Source: a cyanobacterium endosymbiont of Braarudosphaera bigelowii (lineage in GTDB: Bacteria; Cyanobacteriota; Cyanobacteriia; Cyanobacteriales; Microcystaceae). From it: a DNA stretch of 32,000 nucleotides. A model generated the notes under the pieces. That model saw only the letters and a program-made list of their open reading frames with translations, searched no databases and was not told the origin of the DNA. Of the stretch, positions 20,086 to 29,778 are shown one piece after another. The stretch lies in NCBI RefSeq assembly GCF_020885515.1, contig NZ_AP024987.1:270001-302000 (forward strand). Direction: 5' to 3'. Within the stretch, counting starts at the first letter, position 1. Every line of letters begins with the position of its first letter. The position numbers were made by a program, and so were the translations under genes.

Positions 20086-20960
20086 TAAGTTGACCTTTTT
20101 AAGTTGAAACCTCAACTATTAATATTTTTCTTAATTCCTCTGCTTTTAGTAAAACTTTTGTTTCATTTTCTTTCATGCTGTACTTTCTGTCCTTTAAGTG
20201 ACCTGAAGTGCCATCTAGTTATTTTTAGTAGTAATGAAATTATATCGTATTGATTCAAATATATTATTATAAGAATCCTGATAAGTATTAGGAATTATTA
20301 GTTAAAAAATCTAGATAAAATTACTTAAAAGGAAAATATATTAGGCAATGGGGACGATAATAAAATAAATGTTGCTTAACTAAATAATTCTATTTATATT
20401 ACTTATATATCAGGTATGTTAGATACTTGATATATATTTTTATAGTCATTATTATTATTTTTAATGAAAATAATAATTAAATCTCACTTATTGTTTTCAT
20501 ATATTTTAATCATATATTCTTATGTTTAATTTATTGTTTTAATCTGTTCTTTCTCAAAATATAATCTTGCATTTAATATTAATAAAGAAATATATTGCCT
20601 CTTAAAAAGATGAAAAATCTTAGTTTTCAAAAATATCGTAGATGTTTCAGTAAAAAACTACACTTCATAATTTTTACTAAAAAATATATTTTTATTCCAT
20701 CAATATTCAATTATTTAGCTATCTAAATCTTTTGTATCCATTAAAGTTTTACATAATAAGGCTATATAAAAAACAATATTCTTATTTGCATTTTTATGCT
20801 TTTCTTGAATTTAAAGATAATACAAACTTCTTCTTAAAACTAGAATCTTTTCTGTTTTATTTTATTTTGATATTTAATCTTTATAGAAAGATTTATGGTA
20901 GATTTATATGGAACGGATTAAACGTAACAGCAAAAATTGAATTTTCATAATTAATGACTA

Positions 20961-22154
20961 ATGAATAAATCTCTATTACCTGTTCCTTCAGGTATTTTCA
21001 AGATTTTAGATCTTTCAGTAAATGATAATAATATTGAAGAGAGTTGTCTTGAATTTTCTTTAATATTACCTACCTATAACGAAGCAGAAAATATTCAAAA
21101 TATTATTAAAATCTTAAGTGATTTATTAGACAAAGTTATACCTAATAATTATGAATTAATAGTAGTTGATGACGATAGTCCAGATTATACTTGGCAAATA
21201 GCTTTACAATTAATATCTGATTATCCTAAACTTCGTGTTATGCGTAGAGTAAATGAGAAAGGCCTCTCTACTGCGGTTATACGTGGATGGCAAGCAGCCA
21301 AAGGAAAAATTTTAGGAGTTATTGATGCTGATTTACAACATCCTCCGGAGATATTATTAGATCTTCTTCAGAACATGAAAAATGGAGCAGACCTTGCAGT
21401 TGCTAGTAGACATGTTGAAGGAGGTGGAGTAAGTGAATGGAGTGTAGCTCGTCGATTCTTATCTCGAGGTGCACAAATGTTAGGTCTAATAATATTGCCA
21501 GAAGTAATAGGTCGTCTTTCTGATCCTATGAGTGGCTACTTTATGATACGTCGTAGGTCTATTATTAACAAAACTCTAAACCCTGTAGGCTACAAAATTT
21601 TAATTGAAGTTACAGCAAGAGGTAAAATTAACTGGTTATCCGAAATAGGTTATATATTTAGAGAACGTCAAATTGGAGAAAGTAAAGTTACTTGGAAACA
21701 ATATATCCAGTATCTTCAACATCTTATAAGGCTAAGATTATCTTTATCAACACGTTTTTTTCAGTTTTGTTTAGTAGGACTGGGTGGAATGATCATGGAT
21801 ATGAGCATTCTATACTTATTGAGTGATAATAATACTTTAGGATTACCTTTAACTCGCAGTAAAATTGTTGCAGCAGAGTTGGCAATTATTAATAATTTTA
21901 TATGGAATGATTTCTGGACATTTCGAGATATTACTTTTTCTCAACCTGGTAAGCACTTAAGAATTAGAAGATTTATAAAATTTAATATTATCTGTTTGAC
22001 AGGTTTGATTTTAAATATCTTTTTATTAAATGTATTGTTTAACACATTTAAATTCAATCGTTATTTTGCTAATTTCTTTGCGATTGTTTGTGTAACTTTA
22101 TGGAATTTTTGGTTTAATCTAAAATTAAGCTGGCGAGTTACTGAAATAGATTAA
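20961..22154 (+). CDS. Family 2 glycosyltransferase (polyprenol-phosphate mannosyl/glucosyl-transferase type) fused to a GtrA-like membrane domain
   Basis: 'SLILPTYNEAENI', 'ELIVVDDDSPD', 'VIDADLQHPPE' and 'SGYFMIRR' are GT2 DPM1-like blocks. The C-terminal ~130 aa has four TM helices with 'NFIWNDFWTFR', a GtrA-type motif. Confidence 0.85.
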   Translation: MNKSLLPVPSGIFKILDLSVNDNNIEESCLEFSLILPTYNEAENIQNIIKILSDLLDKVIPNNYELIVVDDDSPDYTWQIALQLISDYPKLRVMRRVNEKGLSTAVIRGWQAAKGKILGVIDADLQHPPEILLDLLQNMKNGADLAVASRHVEGGGVSEWSVARRFLSRGAQMLGLIILPEVIGRLSDPMSGYFMIRRRSIINKTLNPVGYKILIEVTARGKINWLSEIGYIFRERQIGESKVTWKQYIQYLQHLIRLRLSLSTRFFQFCLVGLGGMIMDMSILYLLSDNNTLGLPLTRSKIVAAELAIINNFIWNDFWTFRDITFSQPGKHLRIRRFIKFNIICLTGLILNIFLLNVLFNTFKFNRYFANFFAIVCVTLWNFWFNLKLSWRVTEID

Positions 22155-22215
22155 TGGTTACAATGTTATTAATTGCACTGGCTGAATAAATATTTGCATT
22201 TAATTCGTATACTCT

Positions 22216-22235
22216 AAGTTTTGATGACAAAACTT
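22216..22235 (+). terminator. Small hairpin downstream of the GT2 gene
   Basis: AAGTTTTG (22216..22223), ATGA, CAAAACTT (22228..22235), followed by tattt. It lies 62 nt after the stop codon. Confidence 0.3.
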
Positions 22236-22472
22236 TATTTCTAGTATTAATAATACTTTTTAAATAGTTAATTATTACTAATATTAAATAATCTTATTTT
22301 TGTAAGAGAAATTAAAGAGTTAAAAAAATATTAATAATTATCAAATTAGTTACAACTTAATTTTTTCTAAAATATTTTAAAATTTTCAAATAATAATTAC
22401 AATTAAATACTATGTTAATTTTAGATTTAACTATACATAGAGTAAGAACTGTTATTCTAATTTAAATATTAT

Positions 22473-24440
22473 TTAATTATCGTTAGCATCTAGTTCTGAC
22501 AAGCTTTGTGATAGTTGTAGTTTTAATATTTTTTGTTTGCTTGTAATATATTCATTTAAATAATATTCAAAATTTACTAAATCTTCATTTTTATCAATCA
22601 TTTGATATTTTATTTTACAATAGTAACAATATTTTTTTAAGCTAGCTTTTTCAAGAAATATTAAAGATGCTTTAATAATTAAATCTAAACGTTCATTGTC
22701 TTCATGTTGTTCTAATTCACTAAAACTCAATATTTGATCAACACATGTTTCTACTAAGGATGATTCCCATATAGTTTCTTGGAGTCTATAACTTAGTTGA
22801 TCTTTATCTGTTTTATTTTTATTTTGATGACTGTCTTCAATTTCTAATATTTTTGTCCATACTATACGATGTTCCTTTGTATTAAAAAATAAATTTTTAA
22901 ATTCAAGGCTTTTTGATATCCTACGACGATATTCTGAGTAACGAAGATAAACTTTTAGTAAATTAATTTCAGCTTCTTTAAGTAATTGATCTTCAAGAAG
23001 TATATTTGCTTTTGTAAACTGTTTAGATTTTTTACTGTTAAAATTATTAGCTATAGGTTTGGCTAACTGCAACTGAAAATTTTTCAGATATATTGGAATT
23101 AACCTTGTATCTCCCTGAGAAAGTATTTCTGAGCAATGCCGAATATAGTATTCTCGCTTATTATAATCAGACAATTTAGACAGCAAGATCATCATTTCTT
23201 TTACAACTTTTTCAAAATGATCAGCTCTTTTTAAATCTTTGTCTAATAGAATTTGTTCGATTTGCCAGCCAAGCCATAATGGAGCACTATTGATTAACTT
23301 ATAATATTTTTCTGCACTGTTTTGATTAAATTTTAGAAACTCATCAGCATCTTTTCCACTAGGAAGATTTAAAATTTTTAACTGCACTTGTCCAGAATAT
23401 ACTAAAGAGTCTATTTCAGTAATCATTCGCTGTATAGCTTTAGTTCCTGCATTATCAGCATCAAAATTAAAAATAATTTGCTTTGAATCTGTATATCTTA
23501 ATAACTTTCTAAGTTGAGTTTTACTAAAAGCAGTACCTAAAGAAGCCACCGTATTTTTGATACCTGCCTCATGAAGTGATATTACATCAAAATAGCCTTC
23601 AACAACAATAGCATGATCCAAGTTGCGTATATTTTTATAAGCTTGATCTAAAGCAAATAGAATATTACTTTTACTAAAAAGAGAAGTTTCAGGAGAGTTT
23701 AAATATTTTGGTTCCTGATTATTTAGGCTTCTTCCTCCAAAAGCAATAATACGTCCTTCAATATCTTTAATAGGAATCATTATTCGTCCACGAAATGTAT
23801 CATAGTGACCTCTGCCTTTATTTCGCGGTTTAATTATTCCTGTCTGCTCCAAAAGACTTACAGGATAGTTTTTGCATTTTACTAGATAAGAATATAAAGT
23901 TTCCCATCCTTCTGGAGAATATCCTAGATTAAATTTTGATATAGTTTCTGATTTTAATTGTCTTTTATTAATAAGATAATCTAAAGCTTGTTTTCCTATC
24001 GGTTCATATAATAAATGTTCATAATAATTTGCGGATGTAGCTAAAATTTCATAAAGTTGGTTTTGTAACGAAATTCTTGCTTGTAATATTTCAGTATTTT
24101 CTTCTTCTAAGTCTTTAATGGAAATCTTATGTTGTTTAGCTAATTCAAGTACAACCTGATTAAAAGGTTCTTTTCTAATTTCCATTAAAAATTTAATAGC
24201 GTTCCCTCCCGCTCCACACCCAAAACAATAATATAGTTGCTTATCAGCATTAACTGTAAAACTAGGAGTTTTTTCGTCATGGAAAGGACAAAGACCAACA
24301 TAATTTTTTCCTCTCCTTTTTAGTACAACATATTCAGAAATAGTGTCATATATGTTAGTTCTTTCTTTAATTTCTTCTAAAGTATCAGGATGTAGACGTA
24401 GAAAGCTCATAAGATTTAATAATGTAACTTCGTGGAACAT
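22473..24440 (-). CDS. dnaG: DNA primase
   Basis: 655 aa. Zinc ribbon 'CPFHDEKTPSFTV......YYCFGCGAGG' and TOPRIM 'VVEGYFDVISLHEAG' / 'FDADNAG'. An alternative start is ATG 24410 (MSFLRLHPD...). Confidence 0.9.
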   Translation of the reverse strand: MFHEVTLLNLMSFLRLHPDTLEEIKERTNIYDTISEYVVLKRRGKNYVGLCPFHDEKTPSFTVNADKQLYYCFGCGAGGNAIKFLMEIRKEPFNQVVLELAKQHKISIKDLEEENTEILQARISLQNQLYEILATSANYYEHLLYEPIGKQALDYLINKRQLKSETISKFNLGYSPEGWETLYSYLVKCKNYPVSLLEQTGIIKPRNKGRGHYDTFRGRIMIPIKDIEGRIIAFGGRSLNNQEPKYLNSPETSLFSKSNILFALDQAYKNIRNLDHAIVVEGYFDVISLHEAGIKNTVASLGTAFSKTQLRKLLRYTDSKQIIFNFDADNAGTKAIQRMITEIDSLVYSGQVQLKILNLPSGKDADEFLKFNQNSAEKYYKLINSAPLWLGWQIEQILLDKDLKRADHFEKVVKEMMILLSKLSDYNKREYYIRHCSEILSQGDTRLIPIYLKNFQLQLAKPIANNFNSKKSKQFTKANILLEDQLLKEAEINLLKVYLRYSEYRRRISKSLEFKNLFFNTKEHRIVWTKILEIEDSHQNKNKTDKDQLSYRLQETIWESSLVETCVDQILSFSELEQHEDNERLDLIIKASLIFLEKASLKKYCYYCKIKYQMIDKNEDLVNFEYYLNEYITSKQKILKLQLSQSLSELDANDN

Positions 24441-24626
24441 TAGCCATCTTGACTAAGAAATTTGACTCAAATAGTTTTAGCCAATATATGCAAAAACATA
24501 CATCTATTCAATAAGAAGTTATCAATTAGATTTAATTTCAGTTCTTATTTCTTAAGATAACATCTGATTTTAAAACATTGTGCTATATTCATAATACTAA
24601 TGTTTAATATGAAAACTAATTTTAAA

Positions 24627-24679
24627 AAAACATAGTATAAGAGTATTTTTAGTTATAAAATATTCTTATATTATGTTTT
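24627..24679. repeat. 23-bp inverted repeat (21 Watson-Crick pairs plus 2 positions that are G-U only in a + strand transcript), 7-nt loop
   Basis: AAAACATAGTATAAGAGTATTTT (24627..24649) pairs with AAAATATTCTTATATTATGTTTT (24657..24679). I paired the arms position by position by hand. Confidence 0.85.
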
Positions 24680-24899
24680 AAAGTTTAAATATTGTTTTAC
24701 ATTATAAAATTAACAATACCTCTGAAATAGATAAGTTAGTTTAGATTATTAACAATGTTAGCGATTCTATCCATTCATTGGATGATAAGTTTTAATATCT
24801 AGAAATTAAAATGAAATATGATAAATACAATAATTTTTTACTAGTTCTTATTAAACATAGTTAGCTATTAAATGATTAAAATAATAGACTAAAACATTA

Positions 24900-25751
24900 T
24901 CAAATATTATTAATTAACCAAGAAAATTTACCAACCCCATACCAAATATATAGAACTATAACTAGTAGCAATGATACTATTAAAAAACCTATGGTTAAGT
25001 AATCAGACTGGTTTAGTAATGATTCATTTAAATAAGTTCTATGAGAACTACCTGAAAACGATTTAGACTGTAATACAATATCTATTGTATTAGTTTTAGC
25101 CATAGAATTAAGAATTAAAGATACAGCAAGATTCAAATAAATTGTAGCTTTTTTTACTAGGCTAAGTTTACCTAAAGCTAATCCTCTTAGTTTCTGAGCT
25201 TCCAAGATAGATTGTATCTCTTCAATTAATAATGGAAAAAATCTCAACGTAGATGAAAAAATGAAAACAATTTTGTATGGTATTTTCATTTTTACCATCC
25301 CTATAACCATATCGTTGATGTCAGTTGTAAAAACTCCTAATGGAATTATTAAAATCATATTTAGTATCTTGAGTACTATATTAAGTCCATAAAAGACTCC
25401 TTCATAATTCATTATTAGTCCTCCAATCCAAAACCAATTATCTGGAAAAGTAAAAATAGGAGTTAAATAATTTGTGTTTAATAGTACTTCTATCTGATCA
25501 ACATAAAAAAATCCTGTAATAATTAATATTAAGGAATAAAAAGGCATCATTATTGTAAATATTTTCCTGAAATAATTTATTTTTATTCCAGCCACGATAC
25601 AAGCATATCCTATAGCTAAGCCTAACAATCCTTCTGTAAAAGGGCTTTCCCAAAGAAACGTAATTATTGTAGTAATTATAATTATCAATAATTTAGTTCT
25701 AAAATCTAAGTAAGTGAAAAATGACTTTTTATTAACTGTTTCAAATTTCAT
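24900..25751 (-). CDS. ecfT: ECF transporter transmembrane (T) component, EcfT/CbiQ family
   Basis: 283 aa and polytopic. The coupling-helix region 'LRFFPLLIEEIQSILEAQKLRGL' carries the conserved xRG motif. Its start overlaps the ATPase gene stop by 11 nt. Confidence 0.85.
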   Translation of the reverse strand: MKFETVNKKSFFTYLDFRTKLLIIIITTIITFLWESPFTEGLLGLAIGYACIVAGIKINYFRKIFTIMMPFYSLILIITGFFYVDQIEVLLNTNYLTPIFTFPDNWFWIGGLIMNYEGVFYGLNIVLKILNMILIIPLGVFTTDINDMVIGMVKMKIPYKIVFIFSSTLRFFPLLIEEIQSILEAQKLRGLALGKLSLVKKATIYLNLAVSLILNSMAKTNTIDIVLQSKSFSGSSHRTYLNESLLNQSDYLTIGFLIVSLLLVIVLYIWYGVGKFSWLINNI

Positions 25752-27465
25752 AAGAAGAAAAACATTTTATCATTTGATTAGGTGTTAAAGCAGGATATTT
25801 ATTCTGTATATTTCGATTCATTTCTTGAGTTAGAAGAACTGTTTGAGGGGGAACAAGATAAGTAGATTTCAATAGTTCTACTTTATGATAAGCTTCATCA
25901 ATAGAAGCATCTAATATCATTTTCCCCTCCTTTAGCAGAATTACTCTTTCAGCATAGTTTGACATCAAATATAAATGGTGTGTTATGACTACAATAGTTT
26001 TTCCAGCCTGATGTAATTTGCGAGTAATTTCTAAAATTGAACAAGCACCTTTATAATCTTGACCAGTTGTAGGTTCATCAAAAATTATTATATCTGTTTC
26101 CATAGCTAAGATAGCAGCAATAATAATTCGTGCACGATCACCTTTGGCCAACGAAAAAGGATGAGCTTGACTAAATTCTAGCAAGCCAATATCTTCTAAA
26201 ATTTTATAAACCTTATTGTCTATTTGTCTTTTCCCATAGCCTAAATTGTTTAGTGCAAAAATAATTTCATCTTTAACTGTCATGTTAAAAATTTGGTTAT
26301 CAGGATTTTGTCCAACATACCCAATGATTCTAGATATATCACTAATTGATAAAGTTTGCGTATCTTTATTTTTTACTTGTACAGTTCCTTGTGTAGGTTG
26401 TAAAAGATTTAAAAAATGTTTAACCAAAGTACTTTTCCCTGAACCATTCTGACCAGCTATTAAAACATATTCTCCCGAAAAAATATCAAGTGATATTTTA
26501 TCTAAAACTTTTATATTATTCTCATAACAATAAGTTAAGTTTCTTGTAGATAATAAGGGTACTAAATTATTTTCATGCATTCTGTCACTCTTTTTAGGAG
26601 TAGTTGGTATCACGATATTATTCTTTAATTCTCTCAAAGTTTTTATCCCTTGCTCTAAGGTAACAGGAACTTGAGAAAAATTAATTCCTTTTCTTCTGAT
26701 ACCATAAAATATTTTGGCTACTTCTGGAGGACGCAGGTTATGACTTTCTAGTAGGGGAATTTGTGTATATATTTCTTCTGGAGTTCCTGTTTTGATAATT
26801 TTCCCATCAGATAATAGAGCTAAACGATCACTAAATTGAGCCATTTCTTCTGATGCATGAGAAACCATTATGATTGTTATTCCTAATTCTTTATTCAACT
26901 TCCTAACAGTAGAAAAAACTTCCTGAGAACCTATTGGATCAAGCTGTGAGGTAGGTTCATCTAATATAAGCAACTTAGGCTTTAAAGCAATTGCAGCTGC
27001 AATTGCCAAGCGTTGCTTTTGTCCTCCTGATAATTCCTGAGGGTGCTTGTTTTCCATTCCCTCTAGTCTAACTGCCGTTAAGGCAGATGAAATAGAAGTG
27101 ATAATTTCTTCACGCTTAATACACAAATTCTCTAATGCAAATGCTATCTCATTAATAACTGAAGTTGATAATAATTGAGTTTCTGGATCTTCGAAAACAG
27201 ATCCAATATAATGAGATAAGTGACTTACCGGATATTCTAGAGTGTCTAAACCCGCTACTTTTATATATCCGAAAAAGCGTCCTCCATAAAATTGTGGAAT
27301 TATTCCATTTAATGTTAAACATAGCGTTGTTTTTCCGGATCCGGTAGGGCCTATAATTCCTAAAAACTCTCCTTTACGAATATTTAGAGAAATATTTTTA
27401 AGAACGGGTTTTTGGGAATTAGGATAAAAATAAGAGACTTTATCTAAACTGGCTATTATTTCCAT
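25741..27465 (-). CDS. Fused tandem ECF/ABC ATPase (EcfA-EcfA' in one polypeptide)
   Basis: 574 aa with two NBDs. NBD1 has Walker A 'GPTGSGKTT', signature 'LSGGQKQR', Walker B 'LLILDEPTSQLD' and H-loop 'VSHA'. NBD2 has 'GQNGSGKST', the degenerate signature 'SLAKGDRAR', 'IIIFDEPTTGQD' and 'ITHH'. Confidence 0.9.
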   Translation of the reverse strand: MEIIASLDKVSYFYPNSQKPVLKNISLNIRKGEFLGIIGPTGSGKTTLCLTLNGIIPQFYGGRFFGYIKVAGLDTLEYPVSHLSHYIGSVFEDPETQLLSTSVINEIAFALENLCIKREEIITSISSALTAVRLEGMENKHPQELSGGQKQRLAIAAAIALKPKLLILDEPTSQLDPIGSQEVFSTVRKLNKELGITIIMVSHASEEMAQFSDRLALLSDGKIIKTGTPEEIYTQIPLLESHNLRPPEVAKIFYGIRRKGINFSQVPVTLEQGIKTLRELKNNIVIPTTPKKSDRMHENNLVPLLSTRNLTYCYENNIKVLDKISLDIFSGEYVLIAGQNGSGKSTLVKHFLNLLQPTQGTVQVKNKDTQTLSISDISRIIGYVGQNPDNQIFNMTVKDEIIFALNNLGYGKRQIDNKVYKILEDIGLLEFSQAHPFSLAKGDRARIIIAAILAMETDIIIFDEPTTGQDYKGACSILEITRKLHQAGKTIVVITHHLYLMSNYAERVILLKEGKMILDASIDEAYHKVELLKSTYLVPPQTVLLTQEMNRNIQNKYPALTPNQMIKCFSSYEI

Positions 27466-27471
27466 AATAGT

Positions 27472-28251
27472 TCAATAAATTGCTGCTTGAGGTTTGATAA
27501 TACCAATAGCTCGTAATCCATAAATGACACGTACACCTATAAAAGTTCCTACTAGAGAACGAACTAGGTTTTCTAAAGGCATTATTGGGATCAAAAATAT
27601 CCAAACTTTTTCTGGCCAATTGAATATGGTATAAGTAATAAAGACTTGACTTAAATGATAAATACCGCTAATTGTCCAGCTGCCAAAAAATAAACCTAGT
27701 GATACTAAATATAAGTTTTTACTATGAATCCATTTTGCAAATAAAGTACGAGTAGGTAGTATAAAAAATAGTAAACCTGACCAATCAATTAAAGAACCTT
27801 TAATGATTATAGATATCGGAACTCCGTTATTTAATGCACGAAACACATATAAAAACAGGGCAATAATAAAAAAAATTGCTACCCCGATCCACCAATATCG
27901 ACGATGCTTCCCGAGAGTCATGGTACCTGCTGCAAAACTAGTAATTATTGCTCCAAAAATGGAGATAGGAGGTATTCCTGCAGTATGTGGAGCCAAAAAG
28001 ACACCCATTAAAGTACCTATTCCGCTGGCTACTGCACCACCGAATGGTCCTAATATCCAACCTAAAAGAGGAAATATGCCTTGACTTAAGGGAAAGATCC
28101 CTCCAGCTCCTATAGTAATAGAAAATGGGATAAAGTTTAAAACTGTTACTACAGTAGACATTACCATTATATGGTTTAGTGGAGTCCCATCTAAAGAAAC
28201 ACTTCCAAGAGATTTGACTTCTCGCTCTTCACCTTGAAGTTCTATTTTCAT
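27472..28251 (-). CDS. Putative substrate-capture (S) component of the ECF transporter, substrate unknown
   Basis: 259-aa polytopic protein, first gene of the S/A-A/T operon, ending 6 nt before the ATPase start. It has a Gly-rich helix 'LLGWILGPFGGAVASGIGTLMGVFL', as in S components. It does not match the BioY, RibU, ThiT, CbiM or other S families I can recall. Confidence 0.6.
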   Translation of the reverse strand: MKIELQGEEREVKSLGSVSLDGTPLNHIMVMSTVVTVLNFIPFSITIGAGGIFPLSQGIFPLLGWILGPFGGAVASGIGTLMGVFLAPHTAGIPPISIFGAIITSFAAGTMTLGKHRRYWWIGVAIFFIIALFLYVFRALNNGVPISIIIKGSLIDWSGLLFFILPTRTLFAKWIHSKNLYLVSLGLFFGSWTISGIYHLSQVFITYTIFNWPEKVWIFLIPIMPLENLVRSLVGTFIGVRVIYGLRAIGIIKPQAAIY

Positions 28252-28478
28252 AATAGTTAATGAATATAAATTTTTAGTTCAAGAGTTTTTATTAACTGAA
28301 AAATAAAAAGTTATAATACTGAAAAAATTATTAATATAGTATATGGAATGATCCTCTCATATAAGTTCTTAATGTGCATTATACTTAATAAGCAACAATT
28401 ATATATTTTCAAAGTCTTAAACTTATTCTTATTGTTCAATTACTGTTTTTAATAAAAATAAATTTAAAGTAGATATTG

Positions 28479-29096
28479 TCAGAGATTACCGATACGACAG
28501 TCTCTGAGCCAGATACGAATTCCTTGGCCCACTGTACCATTAATAGCGTTTCGAGGGGGTAATGGTACTTGAAGTAGTAAGTCACTATCTGTATTTATGT
28601 GACCTGGTCTTGAAGAAAGATATACTAACCTCCAGCCATCATCTCCTTTAGAAACAAATACTCGATAATAATTTTCTACAATAGAAATTCTTTCGTGACT
28701 ATAATGTCGTTCTAAAGTTGTAAAAAATGCTTGCTTTGTATTATCTGGGAGTAAGGACTTGTACTGGAAATTTGTTAATGGTAGAGGTTGTAGCTCTAGT
28801 TTTCCTGCTAAGATTATATAACTATATGTATCCTTTTCATTACTTCTTCTTGCTCTTTGTGCTACTCGATTTGAATAACTAGGTAGATCGTGTAATAGTT
28901 GTGTCATTAGCACTTCGAAGCTATTTGGGCAGTTTGTCTTAACTATATTAATAGGTATATGCTTACTATCTATTATGGTATGTAAGTGTTCAGATTTTTG
29001 TACTATTGCAGCATAGCCTCTAGATATAGGTATCATACTGAAAATACCTAAACAACAGCATTTGAGTATAAATAGGATTTTAATTTTTAATGTCAT
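28479..29096 (-). CDS. Hypothetical secreted or periplasmic protein, translationally coupled to pyrF
   Basis: I preferred the ATG at 29096 ([29 protein letters not shown]...), which gives a signal-peptide-like N-terminus. It overlaps the pyrF 3' end by 17 nt. I do not recognise a family. Confidence 0.55.
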   Translation of the reverse strand: MTLKIKILFILKCCCLGIFSMIPISRGYAAIVQKSEHLHTIIDSKHIPINIVKTNCPNSFEVLMTQLLHDLPSYSNRVAQRARRSNEKDTYSYIILAGKLELQPLPLTNFQYKSLLPDNTKQAFFTTLERHYSHERISIVENYYRVFVSKGDDGWRLVYLSSRPGHINTDSDLLLQVPLPPRNAINGTVGQGIRIWLRDCRIGNL

Positions 29097-29778
29097 TAAT
29101 AATACGACTCCATGCTTCAGTTGGATTATTTGCCATAGTAATTGGGCGGCCAATAACTAAATAATCTGCACCTGCCTTTAGGGCTTGCTTTGGTTGCATT
29201 ATTCTTTGTTGGTCTTTAGCTTGAGACCAAGAAGGTCTTACGCCTGGACAAACTAATATAAATTTTTCTCCACATACTTGTCTTAACTGATAAACTTCAT
29301 GGGGAGAACATACTGCTCCATGAATACCTAATTCTTTAGCTAATGAGGCCATATGAAGAGCATATTTTTCTAATTCTATAGAAATTTTCAGATCGAGCTT
29401 CAACTCTTTTGAACTTAAGCTTGTAAGAAGTGTTACTGCTAATATTTTAGTATTGGAAGAACTGTTAGCGATTGCTTTAGCTGCAGCTTCCATAGCTTTT
29501 TGGCCAGCTGCAGCATGAATAGTAATTAAATCCACTCCATAGTTACTAGCAGAGTTGCATGCTCCAGCGATAGTATTAGGAATATCATGAAATTTTAGGT
29601 CTAGAAAAATCTTTTTTTGTCTATCCTTAAGCAGACTGAATATTTCTGGCCCTAAAGCAACAAATATTTCTAGTCCTACCTTCCAAAAATTTACCTGAGG
29701 TAGTTTATCCAAAAGAGCGATTGCAGATTTCTTATCAGAAACATCTAATGGAACAATTATCTGATTAGTAGAGAACAT
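29080..29778 (-). CDS. pyrF: Orotidine 5'-phosphate decarboxylase
   Basis: 'IIVPLDV', 'FWKVGLE', '[13 protein letters not shown]', 'LITIHA' and 'DYLVIGRPI' are canonical PyrF blocks. I preferred the ATG at 29778 to the TTG at 29793. Confidence 0.9.
   Translation of the reverse strand: MFSTNQIIVPLDVSDKKSAIALLDKLPQVNFWKVGLEIFVALGPEIFSLLKDRQKKIFLDLKFHDIPNTIAGACNSASNYGVDLITIHAAAGQKAMEAAAKAIANSSSNTKILAVTLLTSLSSKELKLDLKISIELEKYALHMASLAKELGIHGAVCSPHEVYQLRQVCGEKFILVCPGVRPSWSQAKDQQRIMQPKQALKAGADYLVIGRPITMANNPTEAWSRIINDIKN

Noticed and set aside
20099-20176. 25-codon upstream ORF (MKENETKVLLKAEELRKILIVEVST) ending 13 nt before the ubiX ATG, as a possible leader peptide.
   Set aside because: It is out of frame with ubiX, I have no conservation evidence, and its length is within chance expectation.
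20732-20950. 72-aa ORF in the ubiX/GT2 spacer.
   Set aside because: It has a TTG start and is extremely F/Y/L/K/I-rich ('FYIIRLYKKQYSYLHFYAFLEF...'), mirroring the AT-rich nucleotide composition. It has no motif, so it is probably a chance ORF.
28252-28478. Possible riboswitch in the leader of the ECF S-component gene (TPP, cobalamin, preQ1 and similar).
   Set aside because: The leader is uniformly AT-rich. I see none of the conserved G+C-rich cores, for example no CUGAGA of TPP and no B12-box-like GCCACUG. Only an Rfam scan could exclude divergent elements.
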